Origin: an uncultured Gemmatimonadales bacterium
Lineage (GTDB): Bacteria > Gemmatimonadota > Gemmatimonadetes > Gemmatimonadales > GWC2-71-9
DNA: 39,786 nt
Direction: 5' to 3'
Assembly: GCA_963825055.1 (NCBI GenBank)
Contig: CAWGSK010000010.1
Coordinates: 1 to 39,786, forward strand
Part shown: in pieces, positions 17,731 through 25,710 of the stretch
Layout: the number at the start of each line of letters is the position of its first letter
Position numbering within the stretch: the stretch's first letter is position 1
Notes under the pieces: model-generated
Database searches by the model: none
What the model saw: only the letters and a program-made list of their open reading frames with translations
Told to the model about the DNA's origin: nothing
Program-made: the position numbers and the translations under genes

Positions 17731-19389
17731 CTAGGCGGCGCGACCGCTGTTGAAGAGAACCACTGGAATGGTCTTGACGAGGATACGCAGGTCGAGGAAG
17801 AGCGACCAGTTGCGCACATACTCGACATCCAGCTCGCACATCTGCCGGTAGGACAGCCGGTTCCGGCCGGAGACCTGCCAGAGTCCGGTAATCCCGGGAC
17901 GCACCTCCAGCCGGTCAAACTGCCAGTGGTCGTAGGCCTCGAACTCGTAGGGAAGCGGGGGGCGCGGCCCGACGAGGCTCATCTGGCCCCGGATGACGTT
18001 GAAGAACTGGGGGAGTTCGTCCAGCGAGGTGCGCCGCAGCAACTGCCCGACCCGTGTCACGCGGTCATCGTTCACCAGCTTGAAGACCTGCTCGCCCGAC
18101 GAGGTCGTGTTGGCGGTCCCGTCCTCGTCACCGTTGAGCATCCGGGTGACCAGCTCGCGGTGCGCCGCATCCGATGAACCGACGCGCATCGTCCGGAACT
18201 TCCAGACCAGGAAACGGCGGCCGCCGATCCCGATCCGTTCCTGGCGGAAGATCACGGGGCCCCGGCTGTCGAGCCAGATTGCGATCGCGGCCAGCAGCAT
18301 GATCGGCGATGCCAGCAGCAGTGCCAGGCTGGCACCGGCGAGATCCATGGCCCGCTTGACCACGAGTTGGCGCCCCTTGAGCGTCGGGGCGGTCAGCTCC
18401 ATGAGGGGCTGGCCGTCTCGCCAGATGACGTTCGGGTGCACCCCGGCGATCGCGATCGAGCGCGGCACCGAGAGCAGGTGGCAGCCGGCGGAGAGGGAGG
18501 TTTCCGCAACGTCGTGCAGCTGGCCATCCGGCAGGTACCCGCAGGCCACGACCACCTCCGCCCGGCTGTCATGCAGCACCCTGGAAAATTCGTGCATCGA
18601 TCCCAGGGCATCCGGCGCCGGCGGGTAGGAGAGGTCCACGAAGCCTACCGGGTGGAAATCACCGGAGGGGCCGAACGCGAGGTTGGTCGCCGAGGACCGG
18701 CAGGCCGCAGCCTCGCCGACGTACAGGGTCCGTGCCGCGTGCCGGGCGGGCGGGAGTACGAGGGCGACCAGCCGGTCGATCGTGAGGCGCTCGATCACGA
18801 TGGCGGACCACACCAGCACGAGGAGCAGGAAATACCGGGGGAGCACCGTCGCCGGCCCGAGGGTCCAGAACGGCATCCAGAGCGGCAGCGCTACCACCAG
18901 CGCACAGCCCGCAAAAAGGCGCCGGGGATCGCGCCGGTCGTCGCCCGTGTCGTAGCTGCCCGTGATATACAGCCCCAGCACCAGTGCCGCGGCGAGCTGC
19001 CAGCCGCCGAGCAAGCCCTGCGCGAAGAGAATATTGACGGAGGAGTGCAGGGCCCGGCCGAGGAACGTCTCGCCCCGGAAGAGGCCGATGGCGAGGCGGA
19101 GCAGTTCCAGCGCGGCCAGGTCGGCGACGAGAAGGACGCCGAATCGGCGGAAGGCCCGGAAGACGTGACGACGGAGATTGGTCCGGGCGTGGCGCTGGAG
19201 GCCAAGCCGTACACCGAGGGGGGTCTGCTGGCGCTGGCCCGGTTGCGGCGCACTCGGGGCGCCTGTTCCGGGGACGGCAGTGCCGGCAGCCGGCGACGGC
19301 CGGGGACCCGACGTCGCGGTTTCAACCGGAGGAGTCAGTTCAGCCTCGAGAGTTCTCGCCTGGTCAGCATGAAACGCTGGCGTACCCAT
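17731..19389 (-). CDS. Priming polyprenyl-phosphate glycosylphosphotransferase (WcaJ/CpsE family)
   Basis: N-terminal TMs, KRAMDL, DSRGPVIFRQER, KFRTM, DDRVTRVG, RRTSLDELPQFFNV, MSLVGPRP, PGITGLWQVSGRN. Confidence 0.93.
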   Translation of the reverse strand: MGTPAFHADQARTLEAELTPPVETATSGPRPSPAAGTAVPGTGAPSAPQPGQRQQTPLGVRLGLQRHARTNLRRHVFRAFRRFGVLLVADLAALELLRLAIGLFRGETFLGRALHSSVNILFAQGLLGGWQLAAALVLGLYITGSYDTGDDRRDPRRLFAGCALVVALPLWMPFWTLGPATVLPRYFLLLVLVWSAIVIERLTIDRLVALVLPPARHAARTLYVGEAAACRSSATNLAFGPSGDFHPVGFVDLSYPPAPDALGSMHEFSRVLHDSRAEVVVACGYLPDGQLHDVAETSLSAGCHLLSVPRSIAIAGVHPNVIWRDGQPLMELTAPTLKGRQLVVKRAMDLAGASLALLLASPIMLLAAIAIWLDSRGPVIFRQERIGIGGRRFLVWKFRTMRVGSSDAAHRELVTRMLNGDEDGTANTTSSGEQVFKLVNDDRVTRVGQLLRRTSLDELPQFFNVIRGQMSLVGPRPPLPYEFEAYDHWQFDRLEVRPGITGLWQVSGRNRLSYRQMCELDVEYVRNWSLFLDLRILVKTIPVVLFNSGRAA

Positions 19390-19466
19390 GTCGATTCCAT
19401 TCCGTCTTCCACCTCCGACCGCTCCACTCCCACCCGCAGATGTGCAGGGTCCGGCATACCCCGCAA

Positions 19467-19495
19467 AATGTAGTCACTATTCGGGTTAGCGCCAA
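19467..19495 (-). promoter_or_regulatory. Sigma70-type promoter for the priming transferase-wbpBDE operon
   Basis: TTGGCG (19490-19495)-N17-TACATT (19467-19472). Confidence 0.55.
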
Positions 19496-19514
19496 TCGAG
19501 ACCTCCGCGGACCC

Positions 19515-20588
19515 TCAGGCCCCCCCCGCTACCCGCCGGTACAGGGCGATGTGGTCCTCCACCATGCGCTCCCGGGTGAATTGCTCCCGGACCCGATTCC
19601 GCCCGGCCGCGCCCATGCGCCGGCGCAGCCCGGGGTCACGGGCGAGGGTCGCCAGGGCGCCGGCCAGGGCATCAATGTCGCGGATGGGCACCTCGATGCC
19701 GGTGGTCCCCGGTACGTTCACCTCCCGGACCGCACTGGGCACCGCGGTCGTGATCACGGGGCGCCCGGCCGCCATCGCCTCCAGCACCACCAGTCCGAAC
19801 ATCTCCTCGACCGTCACCGACGGCAGGACGAGGAAGTCCGCCTCGGCCATGCGACGGGGGAGGTCCTCGTCGGGGTATTCCCCGAGAAACCGGACCCGGT
19901 CCTGAATGGCGAGGGCACGGCTCAGGGTCTGGAGCCGCGGGCCCTCGGGCCCCGCCCCGACCACGTCCAGCTGGAGTTCGGGGACGTGCTCCATCGCACG
20001 GAGGAGCACATCCAGTCCCTTGTACCGGACCAGGCGGCCGATGAAGATCGCCCGCGGATTGCGGCGGTCGACGGGCAATTCGAGGTCTTCCCATCGATGG
20101 ACGTCGATCCCGAAGGGAATGACCTCGGTCTTGGGCTCCAGGTCAACCAGTTCCGTGCTGATGGCCACGTGGGCCCGGCTCGGGACCACGATCGCCGCCG
20201 CCCGCCGCAGCACCGCGCGACTCAGCATGCGCGAGGTGGCACGCCGGGAGTCGGCGTGCTGGGTCACCACCACCGGCTGGCGGCGCATCCGCAGGAGCAA
20301 GGCGGCATCGGCGAGGGGATGGGGGTGGTGGAGATGGACGATGTCGGCCCGGCGCTGCGCGGCGGCGAAGTAACCCGGCGCAAGCTCCTGGGCGCCGACG
20401 GCCCCGAAGGAGAAGACCCTGGTGACGTGGCTGCGCTGCCGCCCCGTGACGGCCGGTGGTCCGCTTTCGTACGCGATGACCTCCACCTCGTGGCCCAGTT
20501 CTGCCGCGCCCTCCGCCAGATCCTGAACGACCCGTTCCATTCCACCCGAGTGGGGCCAGTAGTATTTCGCCAGCTGGAGAATCCGCAT
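19515..20588 (-). CDS. GT4 glycosyltransferase (WbdB/WbpZ-like)
   Basis: MRILQLAKYYWPHSGGME, HLHHPHP, FIGRLVRYKGL, EEMFGLVVLEAMAAGRPVI. Alternative start at 20642. Confidence 0.9.
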   Translation of the reverse strand: MRILQLAKYYWPHSGGMERVVQDLAEGAAELGHEVEVIAYESGPPAVTGRQRSHVTRVFSFGAVGAQELAPGYFAAAQRRADIVHLHHPHPLADAALLLRMRRQPVVVTQHADSRRATSRMLSRAVLRRAAAIVVPSRAHVAISTELVDLEPKTEVIPFGIDVHRWEDLELPVDRRNPRAIFIGRLVRYKGLDVLLRAMEHVPELQLDVVGAGPEGPRLQTLSRALAIQDRVRFLGEYPDEDLPRRMAEADFLVLPSVTVEEMFGLVVLEAMAAGRPVITTAVPSAVREVNVPGTTGIEVPIRDIDALAGALATLARDPGLRRRMGAAGRNRVREQFTRERMVEDHIALYRRVAGGA

Positions 20589-20644
20589 GCTCGCTTCCGC
20601 CTTGGTGTCATACCGCTTGGACTCGGGGCCTTCCCCCGCCATCT

Positions 20645-21808
20645 TTGTGCCACCGACGCGGCCCGGCTCCCCGCCGGCCGCACATCCCCCGAGCCGGAGC
20701 CCTGCACATCAACCCTGTACGACCGGACATCGCTCTCTGCTACGGCACGCGGCCCCAGGTCATCAAGGCCAGTGTGCTGCGTCGTGTGCTCTCGCGCAAC
20801 CTGTCCGTCCTGGCGGTGGATACCGGCCAGCACTATGACCATGCCATGAACGCGCTACTCTATGAGCAGCTGGACGTGGCGCCGCCCGACTACTTCCTCG
20901 AGGTAGGATCCGCCGGCCACGCGGCCCAGACCGCGGCAATCCTCTCCCGCACTGACGCGCTGCTCGCTGAGCGACGCCCGCGCCTGGTCATCGTCATCGG
21001 CGACACCAACTCCACCCTCGGCGCCACCCTCGCCGCCGTCAAGACCCGCATCCGGGTGGCGCACGTCGAAGCCGGGCTGCGGGCCCGGGACGCGCACATG
21101 GCCGAGGAGATCAACCGCCGCATGGTCGACGCGGTCGGCGATATTCTCTGCGCGCCTTCCCGGGCCGCCGCGGAACGACTCGGCCGTGAACGGTCCGATG
21201 CCGTGATCGCGGATACGGGCGACGTGGCCCGCGACGTGCTCCGCGGCATCGAGGCGAGGCTGCCCGACCCCGGGGGCGTGCTGCCATCGACCGTCGACGG
21301 CCCATTCATCTATGCTACACTGCACCGGGCGGAACTGACGGAAGACCGTGCACGCCTCGAGGGCGCGCTGGCGGCGCTCGAGAACCTGGACCACCCCACG
21401 GTGCTCCCCCTCCATCCCAGGACCCGGGACATCCTCGGCCTCACCGAGGCCCTTCCCCTGCAACGGGGCTCCCTGCACCTGATCGCCGCGATTGGCTACC
21501 TGGAGAGTATCGCACTGACCCGCGCTGCGCGCATGGTCGTGACGGACTCCGGTGGTGTCCAGCGTGAAGCCTACTGGCTCGGGACCCCCTGTGTCACCCT
21601 CCGTGGGGAAACGGAGTGGGTCGAGACCGTGGCTGCGGGAGCCAACCGCCTGGTGGACCCCACCCGACCCGGGGACCTGGCCCCGGCGGTTCGGGAGCAG
21701 GTCGCACGCTGGCCCGGCGCGCGGTGGGACGCGACCGCCTATGGCACCGGTCACGCAGCGGAGAACGTCGGCAGGCTGGTCGAGGACTGGCTCGAGGCCG
21801 CGCCATGA
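20645..21808 (+). CDS. Non-hydrolysing UDP-N-acetylhexosamine 2-epimerase (WecB/WbpI family)
   Basis: GTRPQVIK, TGQHYD, IGDTNSTL, HVEAGLR, EEINR, TLHRAE, TDSGGVQREA, TEWVET. Start codon unclear. Confidence 0.92.
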   Translation: MCHRRGPAPRRPHIPRAGALHINPVRPDIALCYGTRPQVIKASVLRRVLSRNLSVLAVDTGQHYDHAMNALLYEQLDVAPPDYFLEVGSAGHAAQTAAILSRTDALLAERRPRLVIVIGDTNSTLGATLAAVKTRIRVAHVEAGLRARDAHMAEEINRRMVDAVGDILCAPSRAAAERLGRERSDAVIADTGDVARDVLRGIEARLPDPGGVLPSTVDGPFIYATLHRAELTEDRARLEGALAALENLDHPTVLPLHPRTRDILGLTEALPLQRGSLHLIAAIGYLESIALTRAARMVVTDSGGVQREAYWLGTPCVTLRGETEWVETVAAGANRLVDPTRPGDLAPAVREQVARWPGARWDATAYGTGHAAENVGRLVEDWLEAAP

Positions 21809-22938
21809 CGTCCCCGGCCGCCCCGCTCCGTGCCGTCGTGCTGTCACACGTCTACGCCGACCCCACACGGCGCGAGAAGCTCCGCGCGCTCGTGGGGCTC
21901 GGCTGCGGTGTGGGACTCGTCGTCCCGACCCGCTGGATGGTCGGGGGCCGGGAGCGTCGAACCGAATGGGGCGACGATGCCGGTATCCGCATCATGCCGA
22001 TCGACGTCAGGGGTCCGGTCGGGGAGCCCGGCGAAGTCGCGTGGGCACGCTCCGGCCTGCGTCGCGTGCTGCGCGACTTCCGCCCCGACCTCGTGCAGGT
22101 GGAGGAAGAACCGTGGACCCAGGCCGCGGCGGTGGCCATCCGGTCGGCGGAACGGCTTGGGGTACCGGGCGTGGTCTTCGCGGCGGAATCGGTCGCCGGC
22201 GGCCATGGCTTTACCGCCCGGCGGCGGCGCAACCGGGTACTCGATCACGCGGCAGGGCTGCTGGCGGCCAACCGGGTCGCGCTCGACCTCATCCGTGAGG
22301 GGAGGCCGGGGATTCATGCCCGGATCCTGCCGCAGGTCGGCGTTCCGGTTCCGGCCCCCGCCCCACGGCCGGCCGAACCAGGGCTGATCATCGGGTTCGT
22401 AGGCCGACTGGTGCCCGAACGGGGCCTGGACCTGTTGCTCCGCGCCTGCGCCCGTCTCTACGGCGACTGGGAACTCCTCGTCGCCGGGAGCGGGCCCGCC
22501 CAGGAGAGCCTCGAACGGCTGGCGGAGCAACTCGGGCTCTCATCGCGCATCACCTGGCTCGGCGCGCTTCCCCCGGCGGAACTCGAACGCACGTGGGCCA
22601 GGCTCGACTGCCTGGCCTACCCCGCCCGCGCGACGGACACGTGGGTGGAGGCGACGGGGCGCCTGGCGCTTCAGGCGATGGGACGCGGCATTCCGGTGAT
22701 CGGCGCGGCCACGGGCGCTCTGCCTGACGTCATCGGGGATTCCGGGATCCTGACGCCCGCGGAGGATATCGACGCAATCACCGTGGCGCTCCAGGCCCTC
22801 CAGGCCGATCCGGCCGAGCGGCTTGCCCTCGGGGAGGCCGGCCGTCGCCGGGTAATGGCCGGATTCAGCGACGCCGCCATCGCCCGCCGGACGCTGGAGT
22901 TCTGGCGCACCGTGACGGAACCGGGCGCGCTCCCTTGA
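21805..22938 (+). CDS. GT4 glycosyltransferase
   Basis: FRPDLVQVEEEP, IGFVGRLVPERGLDLL, AMGRGIPVIG, GALPDVIGD. ATG 21805 overlaps the epimerase stop. Confidence 0.85.
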   Translation: MTSPAAPLRAVVLSHVYADPTRREKLRALVGLGCGVGLVVPTRWMVGGRERRTEWGDDAGIRIMPIDVRGPVGEPGEVAWARSGLRRVLRDFRPDLVQVEEEPWTQAAAVAIRSAERLGVPGVVFAAESVAGGHGFTARRRRNRVLDHAAGLLAANRVALDLIREGRPGIHARILPQVGVPVPAPAPRPAEPGLIIGFVGRLVPERGLDLLLRACARLYGDWELLVAGSGPAQESLERLAEQLGLSSRITWLGALPPAELERTWARLDCLAYPARATDTWVEATGRLALQAMGRGIPVIGAATGALPDVIGDSGILTPAEDIDAITVALQALQADPAERLALGEAGRRRVMAGFSDAAIARRTLEFWRTVTEPGALP

Positions 22939-22971
22939 TAATCCCGCGGTGAAACCCCACTTTCCCGCCCT

Positions 22972-25560
22972 ATGCTGACATCCCTCGTGGGGACCATCCG
23001 GCGCGCCATGATGCTCGTGGCGTGCGCGTTCTTCCTTGCGGCCGCCCCACGGCTGGCGGCCCAGCAACCCTCAGCCACCCAGGCCAGCGAACTGCTGCGC
23101 TCGCGCCCGGACCTCGCCGGGCAATTGCGGGACCGCATCGCCACTGCCGGGCTGACGCCGGACCAGATCCGTGCGCGGCTCCGCGCGGCGGGCTATCCGG
23201 AGAATCTCCTCGACGACTACATCAAGGGCGCCGACACCACCCGCCAGGTGACGCCCGGGGCCGACGTCCTGGAGGCGATCCGGACCCTGGGGATCGTCTC
23301 GCGCGAGAGTGCCGATACCCTCTCCGCGCTCCGTGACTCGCTCGCCCGGCGACGCAGCGATTCGCTGTTCGCCGACACGACGGGGCGGCGTCGCCAGCTG
23401 CCCATCTTCGGCCTCGACGTCTTCCGCCAGTTCACCACGCAGTTCGAGGCCGCGCAGGCGGGGCCGGTCAGCGACAACTACCGGCTGGGCCCCGGCGACG
23501 TGCTGGTCCTGATCCTGAGCGGAGAGGTCGAGGCGGCCTACGATCTCGAGGTCAACCGCGACGGCTTCGTCTTCATTCCACAGGTCGGCCAGCTGTTCGT
23601 CGCCAACCTGAGCGTGGCACAGCTCCGTGACCTGCTCTACACCCGGCTCGGCCGGGTGTTCAGCGGGGTCCGGCGGGGCCCGAATGCGACCACGCGGTTC
23701 GACGTCACCGTGTCGCGGTTGCGCCAGGTTCAGGTCTACGTCGTGGGCGATGTGGCCCTGCCGGGCGCCTATGGCATCTCCGCGGCGGGCAACGGACTCA
23801 CGGCCCTGTACGCGGCGGGAGGCCCGACGGCCAACGGCAGCATGCGGCGTGTCGAGATTCGCCGCGGTACCGACCTGCTGGATTCGCTCGACGTGTACGA
23901 TTACCTGCTCCGCGGGGTCAGCAGCGCGCGCTCCCTCAGTTCCGGTGATGTCGTGTTCGTCCCGGTGCATGGCGGGCGCGTCGCGGTGACCGGCAGCGTG
24001 GTCCGGCCCGCGCGCTACGAGATTGTCCCGGGCGAGACCCTGCGCGACGTGCTCCGGATGGCGGGAGGGTTCGATGCCGGCGCGGTCCGGCAGCGCGTAC
24101 AGATCCACCGTATCCTGCCGCCCGATTCCGCCGGCTCACCCGGCCGTGCCCGGGTCGTGATCGACGTGGGCGCCGGTGATTTCTCCGGGAACGCCGCCCC
24201 CGGGATCCCGATGGAGGCCGGAGATTCGGTCGTCGTGTTCGCCCTGCCGGAGGCAGTCTCCAACTATGTGACGGTCGCGGGGAACGTGTACCTGGAAGGA
24301 CGCATCGGACTCACCCGCGGAATGCGGCTCAGCGACGCGATCCGGTTCGCGGGCGGCCCGCGGCCGGATGTCTATCTCGACCGGATTCTCATCTCCCGGA
24401 TGAGGCCCGACTCGAGCCGCTACCAGTTGCGCTCGGCGTTCAGTGACACGACCGGGGCGGTCACCGAGAACCTGCTGCTGCAGGACAACGACATCATCCA
24501 GGTGTTCTCCAGCAGCGCGGTCCGGCCGGACGTGTACGTCTCCGTGGTGGGGGCGGTGAAGAACGGCGGCCGCTTCCGGTATACCGAAGGAATGACGGTG
24601 CGCGACGCCCTTCTCCTCGCGGGCGGGGTCACCGAGGACGCCGACCTCCGCCAGGCCGAGATCGCGCGCATTCCTGAAGACCGTGCGCCCGGCATGCTGG
24701 CGCGGACCATCACCGTACCGCTCGATTCCACCTACCTCCTGGCCCGTGCCCCCGATGGCCGCTACATCGGCGCGCCGGGCATGGCCGCGCCCGCGGCGGG
24801 GGCACCCGACATCACGCTGCAGCCGTTCGACAACCTGGTGGTCTTCCGCCAGACCAGCTGGAACGCCCCGCGCCTGGTCTCGCTCACGGGCCGCGTGGTC
24901 CACCCGGGCCGCTACGCGCTCACCAGTACCACCGAGCGCCTCGCGGATCTCATCGAGCGCGCCGGTGGCCTGACGTCCGATGCGTATCCCGGCGGGATCG
25001 CGTTCTACCGTATCCGCGAGGTGATCCTCCCGCGCGCGACCGCAGACAGCGACACCACCGTGCTCGATTCGTCCGGTGTGGCTGTCGCCGCCCCCCTGCC
25101 GGAGCCGAAGGTCGTGCGCGAACGCGTCGGGATAGACCTGCCGCGCGTCCTGGATGACGCCGACGCTCGCGACAATATCATCCTCGCCGCCGGGGACTCG
25201 GTCCACATTCCGGAATACGACCCCGTCGTGCTCGTGGAGGGCGGCGTGAATGCTCCGGGGCCCGTGGCGTACACTCCGGGCAAGTCACTGGACTGGTACG
25301 TGGATGCGGCCGGCGGATACAGTCAGCGCGGCGACCGCCACCGGGCCTACGTCATCCAGCCCGATGGCAGGAAGGCCGGGGTGAAGCGCCGCTTCCTCCT
25401 GGCCGACACCTCCCCCCCTCCACGGCCGGGCGCCCGGGTCTATGTGCCGGAGAAGGATCTCCGGGTCCAGCAGACCCCATCCAACCTGCCCCAGATTCTC
25501 AGCACCGCCGCGCAGGTGCTGGCCGCCATCGTCACCCTGTACGTGGTGTCCAAGCGCTGA
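22972..25560 (+). CDS. Large multi-SLBB polysaccharide export protein (OPX; Wza/KpsD-like)
   Basis: Signal peptide, IFGLDVF, NYRLGPGDVL (Poly_export), repeated VxGxVxxPGxY / AGG SLBB units, C-terminal helix. Alternative start 23008. Confidence 0.9.
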   Translation: MLTSLVGTIRRAMMLVACAFFLAAAPRLAAQQPSATQASELLRSRPDLAGQLRDRIATAGLTPDQIRARLRAAGYPENLLDDYIKGADTTRQVTPGADVLEAIRTLGIVSRESADTLSALRDSLARRRSDSLFADTTGRRRQLPIFGLDVFRQFTTQFEAAQAGPVSDNYRLGPGDVLVLILSGEVEAAYDLEVNRDGFVFIPQVGQLFVANLSVAQLRDLLYTRLGRVFSGVRRGPNATTRFDVTVSRLRQVQVYVVGDVALPGAYGISAAGNGLTALYAAGGPTANGSMRRVEIRRGTDLLDSLDVYDYLLRGVSSARSLSSGDVVFVPVHGGRVAVTGSVVRPARYEIVPGETLRDVLRMAGGFDAGAVRQRVQIHRILPPDSAGSPGRARVVIDVGAGDFSGNAAPGIPMEAGDSVVVFALPEAVSNYVTVAGNVYLEGRIGLTRGMRLSDAIRFAGGPRPDVYLDRILISRMRPDSSRYQLRSAFSDTTGAVTENLLLQDNDIIQVFSSSAVRPDVYVSVVGAVKNGGRFRYTEGMTVRDALLLAGGVTEDADLRQAEIARIPEDRAPGMLARTITVPLDSTYLLARAPDGRYIGAPGMAAPAAGAPDITLQPFDNLVVFRQTSWNAPRLVSLTGRVVHPGRYALTSTTERLADLIERAGGLTSDAYPGGIAFYRIREVILPRATADSDTTVLDSSGVAVAAPLPEPKVVRERVGIDLPRVLDDADARDNIILAAGDSVHIPEYDPVVLVEGGVNAPGPVAYTPGKSLDWYVDAAGGYSQRGDRHRAYVIQPDGRKAGVKRRFLLADTSPPPRPGARVYVPEKDLRVQQTPSNLPQILSTAAQVLAAIVTLYVVSKR

Positions 25561-25576
25561 CGTGATCCAGGGCGCA

Positions 25577-25596
25577 GCGGCGGACGGTTCCGCCGC
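25577..25596 (+). terminator. Hairpin after the export gene
   Basis: GCGGCGGA-CGGT-TCCGCCGC 8-bp stem, 16 nt after the stop. No U-tract. Confidence 0.4.
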
Positions 25597-25648
25597 CCAT
25601 AATGCGCTGGCGCGTATCTTGTAGTCATTCCCCACTGCGGGACACGCG

Positions 25649-25665
25649 ACCGAACACACGCCGAA
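25649..25665 (+). promoter_or_regulatory. ACCGAA-N5-GCCGAA direct repeat upstream of the lyase gene
   Basis: ACCGAAcacacGCCGAA. Same half-sites and spacing as the motif in the recA promoter. Confidence 0.5.
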
Positions 25666-25710
25666 AACACCAGGGGGCCTCCGCGGCCCCGTGACGCAAG
25701 GAGTCCGTCC

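Noticed and set aside
25607..25623. Sigma54-like promoter CTGGCGCGTATCTTGTA before the lyase
   Set aside because: The -12 dinucleotide is GT rather than GC, and TATCTT is equally explained as a sigma70 -10. Too ambiguous to call.
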